Virus genome (UHGV): UHGV-0260710
Length of the DNA: 40,346 nucleotides
Direction: 5' to 3' (one strand)
DNA from: a virus
Positions 37,432-40,346 of this stretch are shown here, one piece after another (the stretch's first letter is position 1; each line of letters starts with the position of its first letter). The notes beneath the pieces are model-generated. The model had not been told where the DNA came from and did not search any database. It saw nothing but the letters and a program-made list of their open reading frames with translations. The position numbers were made by a program, and so were the translations under genes.

Positions 37432-39714
37432 TTACTCCTTACCGATTAGTACATTTGCGATACCCTCCAGTGAGACGTCGTTGTACATCCCACCGCGCTT
37501 CTCGATGTTGGCCTCTCGGTCAGCTCGACGTTTGTCACCAGCAGCTTTAGTCCCGACGATACGCGCTCGCTTGTTAGCGTCACGTTCTGCCTGAGCATAT
37601 GCGGCATCTTGTGCCTTCTGCTGTTGTTCGCGGTAGAGTTTACCTACAAGTTCTTTATCGTATCGAATACGAATAGTCCCAGTAGCGTCTTGGAGGAAGA
37701 TAGAGCCGTTCTGTTCAACAACGGACAACTGAGAGTTCACTACCCAATGGTTGGCCTTAATGAGCTGCTGACGAGCTGTGTCTATAATGTCTCGACCAAC
37801 CTGCCACGACTCTGGGTTATCCCCGACCATAAGCTGGTGCTTGGACACCATGCCGATGGACTTACCATCAGAACCTTCAGACTGGAACGTTACGGTGTTC
37901 TCATTCAGCCAGCGTTGAGTCTGCTGCGTTGCAGCGTCAGCGTTACCTGTACGATAGTACCATGAGTCCCAGACCTTACGAGCACTTGAGTCCAGAGACG
38001 TTGGGAGGCGAGACAACTGGGTGTTCTTGGAGTCGTTCTTCAGCTCCTGCCACGCCTTGTCTGACTCCATGCGCATCTCACGGCTTTGACTTGCAGCTTG
38101 CTTATCAGCTTCAATCATCGTCTGAGGGTCCAGACCCATCTTGTCCATCTGGTCGAACGTAGAGAACAACTGAGCTTGGTCAGGATACAGAGCAGCGAAA
38201 CTTGAAGGGTCCTGAGTGTAGGCACGACGAAGAGACTCGAAGCGTTTCATCTTGTCTGGGTCGTACTGTCCACGGATGACCGAAGCTTGCCACTCACCAG
38301 CAGCGTCCTGAGTAAGCGTCTGGAAGGCATTACGAAACGGACCGTTGTTAGTGTCAGCTCTTAACAATGCCACCTTCTGAGCGTCCTTAGCAGCCTCAGG
38401 GATGTCCATCTGGTCAATCTGCTGTAGCTTGGCAGACGCATAGTTGTTCATGTCTGAACGCTTGAACTCTCCTGTAGCTTCAGAGACCGGAAGGTCCTCA
38501 TAGTTGGTGGACACGTTGTCCCCAGCCAGACGTCGCTGATAAACTTGGTCAATGACCAGTTGCTTGTTCTGGGTCTGGATTAACTTCGTGTTCTCCTTCG
38601 CCTGTTCAGCAGACTTACGCTTTACCGCTTCCAGTAGTGTGGCTTCGGCGTTAATAAGCATCTGTCGCTGAGGGGTGAGTTCTTCTCCGGGTTGAAGCTG
38701 GTTGTTCTGCTCCTTGAGTTTCTGAATCTGGGCAAGGCCAATGGTTGGGTCATCCTGAAGAATCGCAGACTGAACGCCTAACGCCAAGTCTTCCTGATAC
38801 TTAGCCACCAGTTTATACTCAGTACCTTGGGCCTCAACCATAGCAGCATTGAAGACGTCAGGTCCTACAATCTCTTCGATGGTAGCGTCAACACCGTTAA
38901 GGGTGATACGCTCGCCACGGACTTGCTGTAGGAAGTTTGAGCCTCCTGACTTCTGGATTGCGTCACGGACCGTCTGGGTGATGACCTCTCGTGCTCTCTG
39001 GTCCGACGGTATAGCAGCAGTCGTCAATCCATCCCGAAGGTAGGCCATGAAGGTCTTTCCAGACTCAGGCGAACGCATCAGGTCCCCATCGTTAAGGAAC
39101 GAGTTCATCTCAATACGAGTGTTCAACATTGCTGTCTCTTCAGACTGCTTGCTGAAATACTTATTGAACGACCCGTAGATAGCGATGTTTCTGTCCGTGA
39201 TGTTATCGTTGAATCCACGCTGGAAGAACTCGTCTGTAGGGTTAATACCCGCCTCTTCAGCGTAGGACTTAGCTGCATCCTGAAGTCGCTGGTGGCGATA
39301 CTCTTCCATGTCCTGACGTGTACGGAACTCACCGTTCTGAATCTTAACGTTAATCTCGTCATCCACCGCAAAGGCAGCGTTACGGCCCGTCTTGACTCGA
39401 AGTGCTTCCATAGCGTAAGGGTCGTCCTGATACAGCAGTGTGCCGTTCTGGATAGCCTCACGTCTTTGCTGAGGTGTCAGCTTACGGATAATCTCGTTAG
39501 ACCGCTCGTCGGCCCGTGTCTTCTCCTCGTCTTTGAACTGCTTGTATAATCCAGTACCAGACTCAACGAAGTTGGTTAACGCCCGAGCCAGACCGGAGTC
39601 ACCAGTTGGAGCCTGAACGCTGGCTGCTTGATAGTTGACGGCGATCGTTTTACCCGGCGCTCTGCCACGACCCATAGTCCGATTAGCCAGAGCTGATTCA
39701 ATATTACTAGCCAT
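37432..39714 (-). CDS. gp15: Internal virion protein C (gp15)
   Basis: 760 aa (T7 747 aa); position between gp14 and gp16. Confidence 0.85.
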   Translation of the reverse strand: MASNIESALANRTMGRGRAPGKTIAVNYQAASVQAPTGDSGLARALTNFVESGTGLYKQFKDEEKTRADERSNEIIRKLTPQQRREAIQNGTLLYQDDPYAMEALRVKTGRNAAFAVDDEINVKIQNGEFRTRQDMEEYRHQRLQDAAKSYAEEAGINPTDEFFQRGFNDNITDRNIAIYGSFNKYFSKQSEETAMLNTRIEMNSFLNDGDLMRSPESGKTFMAYLRDGLTTAAIPSDQRAREVITQTVRDAIQKSGGSNFLQQVRGERITLNGVDATIEEIVGPDVFNAAMVEAQGTEYKLVAKYQEDLALGVQSAILQDDPTIGLAQIQKLKEQNNQLQPGEELTPQRQMLINAEATLLEAVKRKSAEQAKENTKLIQTQNKQLVIDQVYQRRLAGDNVSTNYEDLPVSEATGEFKRSDMNNYASAKLQQIDQMDIPEAAKDAQKVALLRADTNNGPFRNAFQTLTQDAAGEWQASVIRGQYDPDKMKRFESLRRAYTQDPSSFAALYPDQAQLFSTFDQMDKMGLDPQTMIEADKQAASQSREMRMESDKAWQELKNDSKNTQLSRLPTSLDSSARKVWDSWYYRTGNADAATQQTQRWLNENTVTFQSEGSDGKSIGMVSKHQLMVGDNPESWQVGRDIIDTARQQLIKANHWVVNSQLSVVEQNGSIFLQDATGTIRIRYDKELVGKLYREQQQKAQDAAYAQAERDANKRARIVGTKAAGDKRRADREANIEKRGGMYNDVSLEGIANVLIGKE

Positions 39715-39725
39715 TAGTCCTCCTC

Positions 39726-40313
39726 TTAGCTATGACCTGTAGGTGTACCTTTAGCAGCACTAATTGGCGCAGACCCACCAGAGCTTGATGCCCCAGAGAT
39801 TGACTCACCAGCAATGTACCCCTGCATCCCGGCGTTAGCAACATTAAGTGCATGAGCCAGTGGGCTGGTCTTGATGATTTTACCTTGGCCACGGATAGCA
39901 GACTTGGTGTTCTCAATGTTGGCGATACGGTTCCCGAAGATAGCCGTATAGTCGCGGTTGTAACTTTCGGTAATCCCTGCTCGCTCCTTGACTGTATCTC
40001 CTTTGACCTGACGTTCAATCCTGTCCATAGAGTTACCTTCCAGACCTGACTCAGCTACCGCAGCTCGGACCATGCCCTGATTGCGGATACCGTTTAACGT
40101 GGTCTCTGTCAGTTCAGCCATCTGCTGTTCCTTCAAGTCCCTCTCCTGCATCCTCAGGTTTGCATCAGAGTAATTCATCTGCTTAACCATCTCCTGAGCC
40201 TGACGATTCTGAGCGTCGATAGCAGCACCCTCAGCTTTGGCCTGTTGGGATGCGGACATAGTGGCCCCGGCTACAGCCATGATACCCATGCCGATACTTA
40301 CTGGTTCACACAT
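39726..40313 (-). CDS. gp14: Internal virion protein B (gp14)
   Basis: 195 aa (T7 196 aa); shared blocks (AEL, G..RAA..ES.LEG.SMDRI.R, E.Y.RDY.AIF, API.AAKGT.TG); AAGGAGG RBS. Confidence 0.85.
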   Translation of the reverse strand: MCEPVSIGMGIMAVAGATMSASQQAKAEGAAIDAQNRQAQEMVKQMNYSDANLRMQERDLKEQQMAELTETTLNGIRNQGMVRAAVAESGLEGNSMDRIERQVKGDTVKERAGITESYNRDYTAIFGNRIANIENTKSAIRGQGKIIKTSPLAHALNVANAGMQGYIAGESISGASSSGGSAPISAAKGTPTGHS

Positions 40314-40346
40314 ACGTCCTCCTTAGAGATTGTGAATAATTGAAAA

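Overview
The window is essentially a complete T7-like podophage genome (Autographiviridae, T7/T3 gene order), given as its reverse complement and circularly permuted. All credible genes are on the minus strand, and every long plus-strand ORF is an antisense shadow. Reading the minus strand from high to low coordinates: host-type early promoters (~26.1 kb), an Ocr-like gene 0.3, a chain of small coupled early ORFs, the single-subunit RNA polymerase (21248-23929), genes 1.1/1.2/ligase, 1.7, 2, SSB 2.5, endonuclease 3, lysozyme 3.5, HNH 3.8, primase-helicase 4, DNA polymerase 5, 5.3/5.5/5.7/5.9, exonuclease 6, 6.5/6.7/7/7.3, portal 8, scaffold 9, capsid 10 (with a predicted 10B frameshift), Tphi terminator, tail tube 11/12, then gp13 cut by the window start. 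The series continues from the window end with gp14/15/16, tail fibre/spike 17, holin, small terminase, spanins and large terminase 19. The physical genome ends (terminal-repeat region with short degenerate repeats) lie internally at ~26.1-27.1 kb. I found at least 11 copies of a phage-RNAP promoter with its own specificity (core on the transcribed strand ~TAAACTATCACTATAGGGA). Departures from the T7 layout are: a phage promoter directly upstream of the RNAP gene, no gene 0.7 kinase, an enlarged Ocr, five HNH endonuclease genes (two extra intact paralogs plus one frameshifted remnant after the terminase), an unassigned 164-aa ORF between genes 3 and 3.5, a small ASCH/DUF3850-like ORF between the tail-tube genes, and a tail spike with a T7-like N-terminal adaptor fused to a low-GC pectate-lyase-like C-terminal domain. 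All homology statements rest on my recollection of T7 protein and promoter sequences, not on a database search. My hand-indexing of the printed sequence disagrees with the ORF table by 1 nt somewhere in 27.3-27.6 kb, so coordinates there are +/-1.
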